DNA of 64,000 nt. It comes from Malacoraja senta. Taxonomy: Eukaryota. The notes below the pieces were generated by a model that saw nothing but the letters and a program-made list of their open reading frames with translations, was not told the DNA's origin and searched no databases. A program made the translations under genes and the position numbers. The stretch covers positions 9,302,001 to 9,366,000 of the forward strand of contig CM075994.1 of the NCBI GenBank assembly GCA_038087875.1, read 5' to 3'. Positions 10,636 to 22,241 of this stretch are shown one piece after another (positions within the stretch are counted from its first letter, which is position 1; every line of letters begins with the position of its first letter).

Positions 10636-13160
10636 CGTTGGGTCCCATTCTCACATGGAGACCTGGTCCCCCAAGCAATATTCCACCTCTCCACCAATTC
10701 CAATATTCCACCACTCACGCATAGCCCCAACTGTGCAGGCACGGCTGACGGGTTTCCGTTGTGATGCCTCATATCCCACCCCACTCTGCCCTTGCCCTTC
10801 CCCCCACGCACTCACTCTATTCTCCCCACAACCCCCCCCCCCATCCACTCTTAATGGCTCTCCGGCGGCGCAGCATTCCCTCGCATTGGGTTCCCATTGT
10901 GACGTAGAACATGCAGGTATTACTGCGCAGGCGCAGCTGCCGGCAAGACAAGTGGAAAAGGGAATTATTACAGCTTAAAATGTGAATAACTCTTAAAATA
11001 TAACACCAACTATAAACGGTAAAGATGAGATTTATTCAGTCCATTCTTTCTTGTTGCGTCTCTTGTTGCGTTCTGCAGCTGTAGAAGGGGATTGGCCAGG
11101 TGGGGCTGTCAGGGGCCGGTGGGGGAGGGGGAAGCATCCTGCAGCCGGGAGAGGGGGATGGCTTAAGGTGGTGGCCAGTGGGGGGGGGGCTTTCTGGAGG
11201 ACTAGTATGAATGTTGTGGGCCGAAGGGACTGGTTTCCAGAGGGCTAGTATGGACATTGTGAACTGAATGAATTTTTGGGCTAGTCCTGCAGCTGGGGAT
11301 TGGGAGGCTTCAGGTGGGGGCCGACGGGAGCATTCTGTAGCTGGGGGAGGGGGACGGATTCAGGCAGGGGCCGGTGGGTGGGGGGGGGGCGGAGGAAAGC
11401 GCTGCCGTGTCCTGCCGCTGCCGTGGCCTGCCGCGGGGGGGGAGGATGTGCGATGGGAGGGGATGGGGGCGTGTGGGCGGGGTTAGTGAGCCCCGCCAGC
11501 GCCTGGCCCCGCCAGCGCCCGTCTCCCTCAATCCCCTTACTCTCATTCCTCACTTCCCGAGGATCTTGAGTTTGCAGCAATCGGGCAGGTTCCGCGCCCA
11601 TTCTGGACTCACATTTCACTCGCTCACGGCTTCTGGACACGCAATTCACTCACTCACGGCTTCTAGCCTCGCAGTTGACTCAGTCACGGCTTGTGGACTC
11701 ACAGTTTACTCAGTTGCGGCTTGTGGACTCGCAGTTTAGCATTCTCAAACCAACTTTTCAACTAGGCAAGGCAACTTTTGCATTCTCAGACTAACTTTTC
11801 AATGAGGCATGGGAAATTTAGCATTCTCAAACCAACTTTTCAATTTTGCAAGGCATTCTCAAATCAACTTTTCAATTAGGCAAAGCATTCTCAAACCAAC
11901 TTTTCAATTAGGCAAGGCAACTTTAGCATTCTCAAACCAACTTTTCAAATAGGCAAGGCAACTTTAGCATTCTCAAACCAACTTTTCAATTAGGCAAGAC
12001 ATTCTCAAATCAACTTTTCAATTAGGTAAAGCATTCTCAAACCAACTTTTCAATTAGGCCAGGCAACTTTTGCATTCTCAAACCAACTTTTCAATTAGGC
12101 AAGGCAACTTTAGCATTCTCAAACCAACTTTTCAATTAGGCAAGGCAACTTTTGCCTTCTCAAACCAACTTTTCAATTAGGTAAGGCAACTTTAGCATTC
12201 TCAAACCAACTTTTCGATTAGGCAAGGCAACTTTAGCATTCTCAAACCAACTTTTCAATTAGGCAAGGCATTCTCAAATCAACTTTTCATTTAAGCCAAA
12301 GCATTCTCAAACCAACTTTTCACTTAGGAAAGGCAACTTTTGCATTCTCAAACCAACATTTCAATTAGGCAAGGCAACTTTAGCATTCTCAAAACAACTT
12401 TACAATTAGGCAAGGCAACCTTGGCATTCTCAAATCAACTTTTCAATTAGGCAAAACATTCTCAAACCAACTTTTCAATTAGGCAAGGCACTCTCAAATC
12501 ATCTTTTCAATTAGGCAAGGGAACTTTAATTAGGCAAGGCAACTTTCATTAGGCAAGGCGACTTTCATTAGGCAAGGCGACTTTCATTAGGCAAGGCGAC
12601 TTTCATTAGGCAAGGCGACTTTCATTAGGCAAGGCGACTTTCATTAGGCAAGGCGACTTTCATTAGGCAAGGCGACTTTCATTGGCAATACAGCTTTAGC
12701 ATTTCCAAACCAAAGGCAACACAGCTTTGGCATTTCCAAACCAAAGGCAACACAGCTTTAGCATTTCCAAACTATATTTTCAAACCACATTAAGGGCACT
12801 GACAGGTCAGTAAAACCACTCACAGTTTAGTAGACATGTGTTCAGTGTTATTCACAGCTCAGATTGAGAGACGTGACCCTCTCACCTCCCCATCTTGCAG
12901 AGACTGCCTGAGGCACTCAACACCTCCGGGTTTTCTCGTCCCTCCGGAAGGGGCGTGGCCTTCAGGAGGGAGAATCTCAACATTTTTTAAACACTAATAA
13001 CTCTTTTATTTTTCATCGGTGTGAAAAATCCTCTTGTCCTGCGCAGCATAGGGGGACTCTGAGTAAGATGGCCGGAAGTCCACAGCCGATAGTGGCAGTG
13101 TGTTTTCTAAAATCAATATACAGAACAACAGGAAGTGGTCAAGATCAGATTTATATATAC
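10636..13160 (-). mobile_element. Composite Helitron-like element (same family), 3' end clipped
   Basis: Family 5' module (caggaagtggtcaagatcaga) at ~13130-13160 and a 3' module at 10636-10710. Confidence 0.65.
11737..12770. repeat. Minisatellite arrays (~41-bp then 19-bp units) inside the Helitron-like element
   Basis: Units ttagcattctcaaaccaacttttcaattaggcaaggcaact and aggcaaggcgactttcatt. Confidence 0.9.
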
Positions 13161-13243
13161 ACAAACACACATATATATATATTTCTCTAGTTTCTTTCTT
13201 CTGATTTCCTCAAATTATTTGTTGAGCTACCCTTTTCTTTCAA

Positions 13244-13283
<40 letters not shown>

Positions 13284-13470
13284 CATGAAATCCTAATATT
13301 GTGAATAAAATATCCATGAACACATGCCAAGATATTTTTTCATTCTATATTAGTGTAATAAAATGTTGTGTATACATACCTACACTGATACAAAAGTGCT
13401 AGCTTTCGACATGAATAATGTACATTGCTACCATAGTTTAGTTTTGAATTTAACATATATCATGATCTTA

Positions 13471-13680
13471 GGTAGACAAAAATGCTGGAGAAACTCAGCG
13501 GGTGAGGCAGCATCTATGGAGTGAAGGAAATAGGTGACATTTCGGGTCGAGACCCTTCCTCAGTTCCTCGACCCGAAACATTGCCTATTTCCTTCGCTCC
13601 ATAGATGCTGCCTCACCCGCTGAGTTTCTCCAGCATTTTTGTCTCCCTTCGATTTTCCAGCATCTGCAGTTCCTTCTTAA
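13471..13680. mobile_element. Palindromic Penelope-tail insertion with a 16-bp TSD
   Basis: Two inverted copies of the Penelope 3' tail; ATATATCATGATCTTA at 13455-13470 and 13681-13696. Confidence 0.8.
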
Positions 13681-14451
13681 ATATATCATGATCTTAATTT
13701 TTTGAAGTCCCATTAAATCATTTAAATGTTGTCTCAATTATACTTGAGGAAGTTTTAAAATTTAAATTGCATTTTTCCATTTATTGTTTGATTTACAAAA
13801 TTCAATATATCTACATTATATGTTCTCAAACTTAAATGAGAAGTAGATAAGAACTTACTCAGTGTTCATTTTCACAATTGGCCAATTTGTTACTTAATGT
13901 GTGCAATGTCTAAACAAATTACCTGCCTCTTAATTACTTTTAAATACGTGAATAAAAGCTAATGAGTGATTGCAAGCACCCAAGGACAGATCGGGGAAAC
14001 TTCCCACATTTTCGCTCCCAGAGTGCGTGCATTTTTCACTGCAATCCCATTCAAAAAAGTTTGCGCAATTAATTAAATTAATTGCATGGTCCAAATTTGG
14101 GAGAAATTCCTTCTTCGGAGATAACGCGGTAAGTACACGGAGCTAGGAAAACGCTGTTTTTATGGTGCACGCTGACTCGAATCGCTTATTCACGGCTGCA
14201 GACAAATGTGACTCCCCATTAATGTGCCTTAATATAATAACATTAATGTGCGGTGCTGGCATGATTAACGTGGCGCTGCGTACTCTGCACTTGCAGGTAA
14301 AGATAACAATTGTGAAGCCGGTTCCCAAGATGGCGCTAAAAATCACCCATCACCTACTACGGCTTTTTCGCCGAGTGGTCCATCTTGCTCTTGCTCTAGT
14401 ATCTTTGCTGACAACCCACCAAGCCTAGTTTGAAATGCCTGCAACTAAATA

Positions 14452-14600
14452 CAGTGCCCTCATAATGTTTGGGACATTATTAATTTCTTTGCTTCTGCAT
14501 TCCACAATTTGAGCTTTGTAATAGAAAAAATCTCATGTGGTTAAAGATCACATTGTCAGATTGTATAAAGGCCATTTTTATACATTTTGGTTTCACCATG
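14452..14600 (+). mobile_element. Tc1/mariner-like TIR fragment (repeated in each array unit and at ~45814 and ~46401)
   Basis: TA|CAGTGCCCTCATAATGTTTGGGACA.., a Tc1-type terminus. Confidence 0.6.
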
Positions 14601-15237
14601 TTGTTCTTGGAGATAAAAAAATATATAATATAAATACATGGTTCTACCATGAGAGCATGAGCTTCACCTTCGAGGAGAGAAAAGAGTACGAGAGAGAGAG
14701 AAAGAGGGATAGAGAGGAAAAGCTTGGACCATGGTGTGCAGACAGGAGATTGTAATACGCAGAGGGGCATAAGAGTTACTTTGTATTGTTTCTTTATTGA
14801 TAGTTTTCTGTGTTTTACTTGTGTTTGCTTTAATAAATAATTATTTGTAGTCTTCAAGACATTTGGCACTTCGGGCTAATGGAATCAAGGGATTTGGGGA
14901 AAATGCAGGAACGGCAGCAAATCTACTGCCACATTTCCTAAAATCTGGAGAAGTGACCCAATTGGACACGTCACCAGTCTACGTTCTCCAGAGATGTTGC
15001 CTGACCACCTGAGTTACTTCACAGATGTTGCCTGACCACCTGAGTTACTCCTGAACTTTGTGGGAGGATGTTTGTTCCCAGTACCTGCAGTTCCTTGTAT
15101 CAACTTCCTTGATTCCTTCTCTCCAGAGTCGACCCTATTGGAAACTTCAGCATTTTGTGCATTTCTTTTTCGTAATGACCAGAGCCAGGATGTTTAGGCA
15201 CTAAAAAACTCTGAAATAGGCAGGCAAAAAGGCATAA

Positions 15238-17435
15238 TCTATATAATTAAAATTCTGATCTTGACCACTTCCTGTTGCACTGCATATTGATTTTAGAAAA
15301 AACGCTACCACTTACGGCTCTGATTTTTGGCCATCTTACTCAGAGTCCTCCTCCGCTACGCAGGACAAGAGGATTTTTCCCATCGATGAAAAATAAAAGA
15401 CATTAATGTTTAAAAAATGTTAAGATTCTCTCGCCTGTCAATCATGCCATGAAGGCCACGCCCCTTCTGGTGGGAGGGGGAGGGACTATAAAACCCGGAA
15501 GTGTGGACTGCCTCAGTTCTCTGCAAGATGGGGGAGGGAGAGGTCACAGCTCTCTGCCTCTGTGAATAATACTGAACACATGTCTACTAAACTGTGAGTG
15601 GTTTTACTGATCTGTCAATGCCCTTAATGTGGTATGAAAATGTAGTTTGAAAATGCAAAAGTGTGTTTTTGTTTGAAAATGCAAAAGTGCCTTTGGTTTG
15701 AAAATGCAAAAGTGCCTTTGGTTTGAAAATGCAAAAGTTGCCTTTGGTTTGAAAATGTTAAGTTGCCTTTGGTTTGAAAATGCTAAAGTTGCCTTGGCTT
15801 TGGAAATGCTAAAGTTGCCTTTGGTTTGGAAATGTTAAAGTTGCCTTTGCTTTGGAAATGCTAAAGTTGCCTTGGCTTTGGAAATGCTAAAGTTGCCTTG
15901 GCTTTGGAAATGCTAAAGTTGATTTGGCTTTGGAAATGCTAAAGTTGCCTTTGGTTTGGAAATGCTAAAGTTGCCTTTGGTTTGGAAATGCTAAAGTTGC
16001 CTTTGGTTTGGAAATGCTAAAGTTGCCTTTGGTTTGCAAATACTAAAGTTGCCTTTGGTTTGGAAATGTTAAAGTTGCCTTTGCTTTGGAAATGCTAAAG
16101 TTGCCTTCGCTTTGGAAATGCTAAAGTTGCCTTCACTTTGGAAATGCTAAAGTTGATTTGGCTTTGGAAATGCTAAAGTTGCCTCGGGTTTGGAAATGGT
16201 AAAGTTGCCTTTGGTTGGGAAATGCTAACGTTTCCTTGGCTTTGGAAATGCTAAAGTTGCCTTGCCTAATTGAAAAGTTGCCATGCCTAATTGAAAAGTT
16301 GCCATGCCTAATTGAAAAGTTGCCTTGCCCAATTGAAAAGCTGCTTTGCCCAATTGAAAAGCTGCCTTGCCCAATTGAAATGCTGCCTTGCTCAATTGAA
16401 AAGCTGCCTTGCCCTATTGAAAACTTGCCTTGCCTAATTGAAAACTTGCCTTGCCTAATTGAAAAGTTGCCTTGCCTAATTCAAAAGTTGCCTTGCCTTC
16501 TATATAATCTAATCTTGACAACTTCCTGTTTGCGCTGTATATTAATATTAGAAAAAAAAGCTACCACGTACAGCTGTGATTTTTGGCCATCTTACTCAGA
16601 GTCCCCCTCCGCCTCTCAGGTGCCGAGGATTTTTCCCATCGATGAAAAATAAAAGAGTTATTAGTGTTTAGAAAATGTTGAGATTCTCTCTCCTGTCAAT
16701 CACGCCATGAAGGCCATGCCCCTTCTGGTCGGAGGGGGGAGGGACTAAAAAAACTGGAAGTGTGGGCGTGGCTCATTCTCTGCAAGATGGGGGAGGAAGA
16801 GGTCACGACTCTCTGTCTTTAATGGCCTTGCACCCTGCTTGAAATGGTAGGAAATTGCACTTGAATTTGGTGGCCTTGCACCCTGCTTGAAATGGTAGGA
16901 AACTGCACTTGAATTTGGTGGCCTTGCACCCTGCTTGAAGTGGTATGAAACTGCACTTGAATTTGGTGGCCTTGCACCCTGCTTGAAGTGGTATGACACT
17001 GCACTTGAATTTGGTGGCCTTCCACCTGGCTTGAAGTGGTATGAAACTTCACTTGAATTTGGTGGCCTTGCACCCTGCTTGATGTGGTATGAAACTGCAC
17101 TTGTATTTGGTGGCCTTCCACCCTGCTTGAAATGGAATTTCAAGGAATAGCCATGAGTCAACTGCAAGCCCACCAGCCGCGAGTGAGTGAGCTGCCAGCA
17201 CAACAGGCTTGAGTGACTGAGCCGCCAGCCCAAGAATCCATTCGGCCCACAAAGTCCATACTAGCCCTCTGGAAACCAGTCCCTTCATCCCACAACACCC
17301 ATACTAGTGCTCCAGAAAGCCCGCCCCCCTCCCGCTTGCCACCAATATTGGAATTGGGGGAGAGGTGGAATATTGCGTTGGGGGACCAGCCCTCCCGTGT
17401 GATGCTGGGACCCTAACGGGTCCCAATTAGTCTAG
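15238..17435 (+). mobile_element. Helitron-like element with two 5' modules and 26-, 21- and 48-bp minisatellites
   Basis: A|TCTATATA start, second 5' module at ~16499, end GGGACCC TAAC GGGTCCC..CTAG. Confidence 0.8.
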
Positions 17436-18606
17436 TCTATATAACTAAAAGTCTCATCTTGACCACTTCTTGTCTGCGCTGTATATTGATTTTAGAAAAA
17501 ACGCTACCATATATCGCTATGATTTTTCGCCATCTTACTCACAGTCCTGCTCTGCTGAGGCAGCCCCAAGGACTTCTCCGATAGATGAAAAAAAAAGTTA
17601 TGAGTGTTTAAATAATCTTGAGATCAGCAGATTGGTCCTCTCGCCTGTCAATCACCACGATGAAGGTAACGCCCCTTCCGGAGGGGCAGGACTATAAAAC
17701 CCAGGATGCCTGGACATGAGTCAGTTACTCTGAAAGATCGCGAGAGAGAGACCACAACTATGTTTCTAAGCTGTGAATCAACTGAACTGTGAGTCTGCAA
17801 TGTACTTGCAATAAATGATTTGTTAGCCCTTAATGACAATGCAATGAGTTGTTTGGCAATTTTCTGGCCTGCACTCTGCTTGAAATGCTACGAAATTGAA
17901 TTTGGTGGCCTGCACTCTGCTTGAAATGCTACGAAATTGAATTTGGTGGCCTGCACTCTGCTTGAAATGCTACGAAATTGAATCTGGTGGCCTGCACTCT
18001 GCTTGAAATGCTATGAAATTGAATTTGGTGAGCCGCACTCTGGTTGAAATGCTATGAAATTGAATTTGGTAGCCTGCACCCTGCATGAAATGCTATGAAA
18101 TTGAATTTGGTGGCCTGCACACTGCTTGAAATGCTATGAAATTGAATTTGGTGGCCTGCACTCTGCTTGAAATGCTATGAAATTGAATTTGATGGTCTGC
18201 ACTCTGCTTGAAATGGTATTTCAAGGAATAGCTGTGTGAACTGCCAGCCCACCAACTCTGAGTGACTGAACTGCCAGCCCACCTGCCCTGAGTGACTGAG
18301 CTGCCAGCCCACCAGCCCTGAGTGACTGAGCGGCCAGCCCACCAGGCCTGAGTGACTGAGCTACCAGCCTACAAGGCCCGAGTGACTGAGTTGCCAGCCC
18401 AAGAATCCATTCGGCCCACAATGTCCATAATAGCCCTCAGGAAACCAGTCCCTTTGGCCCACAACACCCATACTAGCGCTCTAGAACGCCCCCCTCCCCG
18501 CCCCAAATGGTCACCAATATTGGAATTGGTGGAGAGGTGGAATATTGCGTTGGGGGACCAACCCTCCCTAGTGAACATGGGACACAACAGGTCCCACTTA
18601 GTCTGG
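17436..18606 (+). mobile_element. Helitron-like element head-to-tail with the previous one; 41- and 30-bp minisatellites
   Basis: CTAG|TCTATATA junction; 3' hairpin followed by CTGG. Confidence 0.75.
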
Positions 18607-19679
18607 TCTACTATAAACCCACTGACATCCATGGCTATCTGGACTACACTTCTTCCCACCCTGCTTCCTGTAAGGACTCCATCACATAATCCCAATTCCT
18701 CCGTCTACGCCGCATCTGCACCCAGGATGAGGTGTTCCACACCAGGGCATCGGAGATGTCCTCGTTCTTTAGGGAACGTGGTTTCCCTTCTTCCTCTATA
18801 CCCCGTGACTCTGCTCTCTCTCCCCATCCACCCACTCGTAACAAGGGCAGAGTCCCCCTTGTCCTCACCTTCCACCCTACGAGCCGCCACATACAACAAA
18901 TAATCCTCCGACATTTTCGCCACCTCCAACGTGATCCCACCACTGCCCACATCTTCCCATCTTCTCCCCTTTTTGCTTTCCGCAGAGACCATTCCCTCCG
19001 ATTCGTCCCTTCCCACCCAAACCACCCCCTATCCTGAACTTTCCCTCGCAACCGCAGTAAATGTTACACTTGTCGCTTTACCTCCCCCCTTGACTCCATC
19101 CAAGGACCCAAGCAGTCTTTCCAGGTGCTGCAGAGGTTCACCTGTACCTCCTCCAACCTCTTCTATTGCATCCGCTGCTCTAGGTGTCAGCTGCTCTACA
19201 TCGGTGAGACCAAGGGTAGGCTTGGCGATTGCTTCGCCCAACACCTCCACTCGGTTCGCAATAACCAACCTGATCTCCCGGTGGCCCAGCACTTCAACTC
19301 CCCCTTCCATTCTGAATCCGACCTTTCTGTCCTGGGCCTCCTCCATGGCCAGAGTGAGTCCCAGCGCAAATTGGAGGAGCAGCACCTCATATTTCGCTTA
19401 GGTGGTTTACACCCCAGCGGTATGAACATTGACTTCTCCAATTTCAGGTCGTCCCTGCTTTCTCCCTCCTTCCCCTCCCCTTCCCAGCTCTCCCACAGCC
19501 CACCGTCTCCACCTCTTCCTTTCTTCTTCACCCCCCCCCCACTTCTACATCACTGAAGAAGGGTTTCGACCTGAAACGTTGACTATTTCCTTTGCTCCAC
19601 GGATGCTGCCTCACCCGCTGAGTTTCTCCAGCATTTTTGTCTACCTTCGATTTTCCAGCATCTGCAGTTCCTTCTTAAG
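18607..19679 (+). mobile_element. Penelope-like element, 3' part (RT C-terminus, GIY-YIG endonuclease, tail)
   Basis: YCIRCSRCQLLYIGETK GIY-YIG motif; degenerate. Confidence 0.85.
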
Positions 19680-20441
19680 CAGTATAACACTCGGTGTTTT
19701 TACACTATAATATAAACACAGAGGAATGTTCAGACAACGGTCCTTTACCTCTGCTCTACAGATTGCAATGTACTTAAACAATAGATCAACAAGGTAAAAA
19801 AACAAGAGTGCTTGAATCTGCAAAAAATAGCCTCCTGGGAAGAAGCTGTGAATCTTAGCAGGCCAGAGGCTGTTTATCTCTGAAAGAGAAAGTATTGCTG
19901 AATCACTGATTGTAAAATTAGCTGATTGAACCTTACCCCTTTGTGTGGGGATAGTATATTACATACTGTAAGAGTTCAAGGCCACACCCATCTGGTGAAA
20001 TAAAGATTGTAGTACTTGATTACTAATTTTATTGTGTTTTTATCTGTTTGAAATGAAAGGAACCAACACATTTATGGGAAAATGCTGGATCTAATAATTA
20101 TCGTTCCATTATCATCTCTTCCAGTAATTCAGGTTTTCTTGTAGTTATCAGAAATTTGATCTTTTTGTTGCCTCCTCCCCCATCCTCTGTAAGACCATCC
20201 CATAGTCAAAATCACAAGGGATTTTCAATAAACCTTATTCAATGTTCATTTTCACAATTGGCCATTTCGTTTCTTAATGTGTGCAATGTCTGAACAAACT
20301 ACCTGCCTCTTAATTACTTTTTAATACGTGAATAAAAGTTAATGAGTGAATGCAAGCACCCAAGGACAGATCGGGGAAACTTCCCACATTTTCGCTCCCA
20401 GAGTGTGTGCATTTTTTCACTGCAATCCCATTCAATCCCTT

Positions 20442-21200
20442 CTGAATGGTGGCCGATTAGGAAAAGGGGAGATGCAACGAGACCTGGGTGTCATGGTACA
20501 CCAGTCATTAAAAGTAGGCATGCAGGTGCAGCAGGCAGTGAAGAAGGCGAATGGTATGTTAGCATTCATAGCAAAAGGATTTGAGTATAGGAGCAGGGAG
20601 GTTCTACTGCAGTTGTACAGGGTCTTGGTGAGACCACACCTGGAGTATTGCGTACAGTTTTGGTCTCCTAATCTGAGGAAAGACATTCTTGCCATAGAGG
20701 GAGTACAGAGAAGGTTCACCAGACTGATTCCTGGGATGGCAGGACTGTCATATGAGGAAAGACTGGATAGACTCGGCTTGTACACGTTGGAATTCAGAAG
20801 ACTGAGGGGGGATCTTATAGAAACTTACAAAATTCTTAAGGGGTTGGACAGGCTAGATGCAGGAAGATTATTCCCGATGTTGGGGAAGTCCAGAACTAGG
20901 GGTCACAGTTTAAGGATAAGGGGGAAGACTTTTAGGACCGAGATGAGGAAATCATTTTTCACACAGTGTGGTGAATCTCTGGAATTCTCTGCTACAGAAG
21001 GTAGTTCAAGCCAGTTCATTGGCTATATTTAAGAGGGAGTTAGATGTGGGCCCTTGTGGCTAAAGGGATCAGGGGGTATGGAGAGAAGGCAGGTACAGGA
21101 TACTGAGTTGGATGATCAGCCATGATCATATTGAATGGCGGTGCAGGCTCGAAGGGCCGAAGGGCCTACTCCTGCACATATTTTCTTTGTTTCTGTGTTC
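20442..21200 (+). mobile_element. CR1 3' fragment (array unit A1)
   Basis: 228-aa CR1 ORF2 C-terminus. Confidence 0.9.
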
Positions 21201-22241
21201 CTCAAGTTGTGCCGGGCCTCACTCTGACAGTGAACATTGTCCCGGGCCTCCTCCATTGTCAGAGTGAGGCCCAGCGCAAATTGTAGATACTCCAGGATTT
21301 TGTGCCTTATTAAAATGGATCTGGTTTTCCCGATCTTGTTTGTAAGTGATTCCTCTCGATAAGGCACAATTATACACCCAGTGTGTGGGCAATTCAGGAT
21401 GGATAATTAATGTGTGACTAAGTTAAAACAGGTATTTTAATAAGTCGTCAAGTCAAGTCAAGTCAAGAGAGTTTATTGTTTCTATGTTTCTATGTTTCAA
21501 AAAAGTTTTCACAATGAATTAAATTAATTGCATGGTCCAAACTTGGGAGAAATTACTTCCTCGGAGATAACGCGGTAAGTACACTGAGCTAGGAACGCTG
21601 TTGCTATGGTGCAAGCTGACTCGAATCGCTTAATCACGGCTGCAGTCTAATGGGGCTCCGCATTAATGTGCCTTAATATAATAACATTAATGTGCGGTAC
21701 TGGCATGACTAACGTGGTGCTGCGTACTCTGTACTTGCAGGTAAAGATACTGGAGCATGACGGTAATCGTGAAGCCGGTTCCCAAGATGGCGCTAAAAAT
21801 CACCCATCACCTACTACGGCTTTTTCGCCGAGTGGACCATCTTGCTCTTGCTCTAGTATCTTTGCTGGCAACCCACCCAGCCTAGTTTGAAATGTCTGTA
21901 GTTCAATACAGTGCCCTCATAATATTTGCGACATTATTTATTTCTTTGCTTCTGCACTCCACAATTTGAGATTTGTAATAGAAAAATTCTCATGTGGTTA
22001 AAGATCACATTGTCAGATTTTAATAAAAGCCATTTTTCTACATTTTGGTTTCACCATGTTGTTCTTGGAGATAAAAATATAATATAAATACATGGTTCTA
22101 CCATGAGAGCATGAGCTTCACCTTCGGGGGAGAAAAGAGCGAGAGAGAGAGAGCGAGAGAGAGACAGAGAGCAAGAGAGAGAGAGAGAGCGAGAGAGAGA
22201 GAGACTCAAATACTCACAGGGGCGTAAGAGTTATTTGTATT

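Noticed and set aside
10145..10978. 277-aa ORF
   Set aside because: Chance read-through across Helitron-like and antisense CR1 sequence.
16215..17233. Repetitive ORFs (LPCLIEK..., HFKQGARPPNSS...)
   Set aside because: Translations of 21- and 48-bp minisatellites inside Helitron-like elements.
11737..18400. CRISPR-like appearance of regular 26-48 bp repeats
   Set aside because: Head-to-tail repeats with no unique spacers and no cas genes, in a eukaryotic context.
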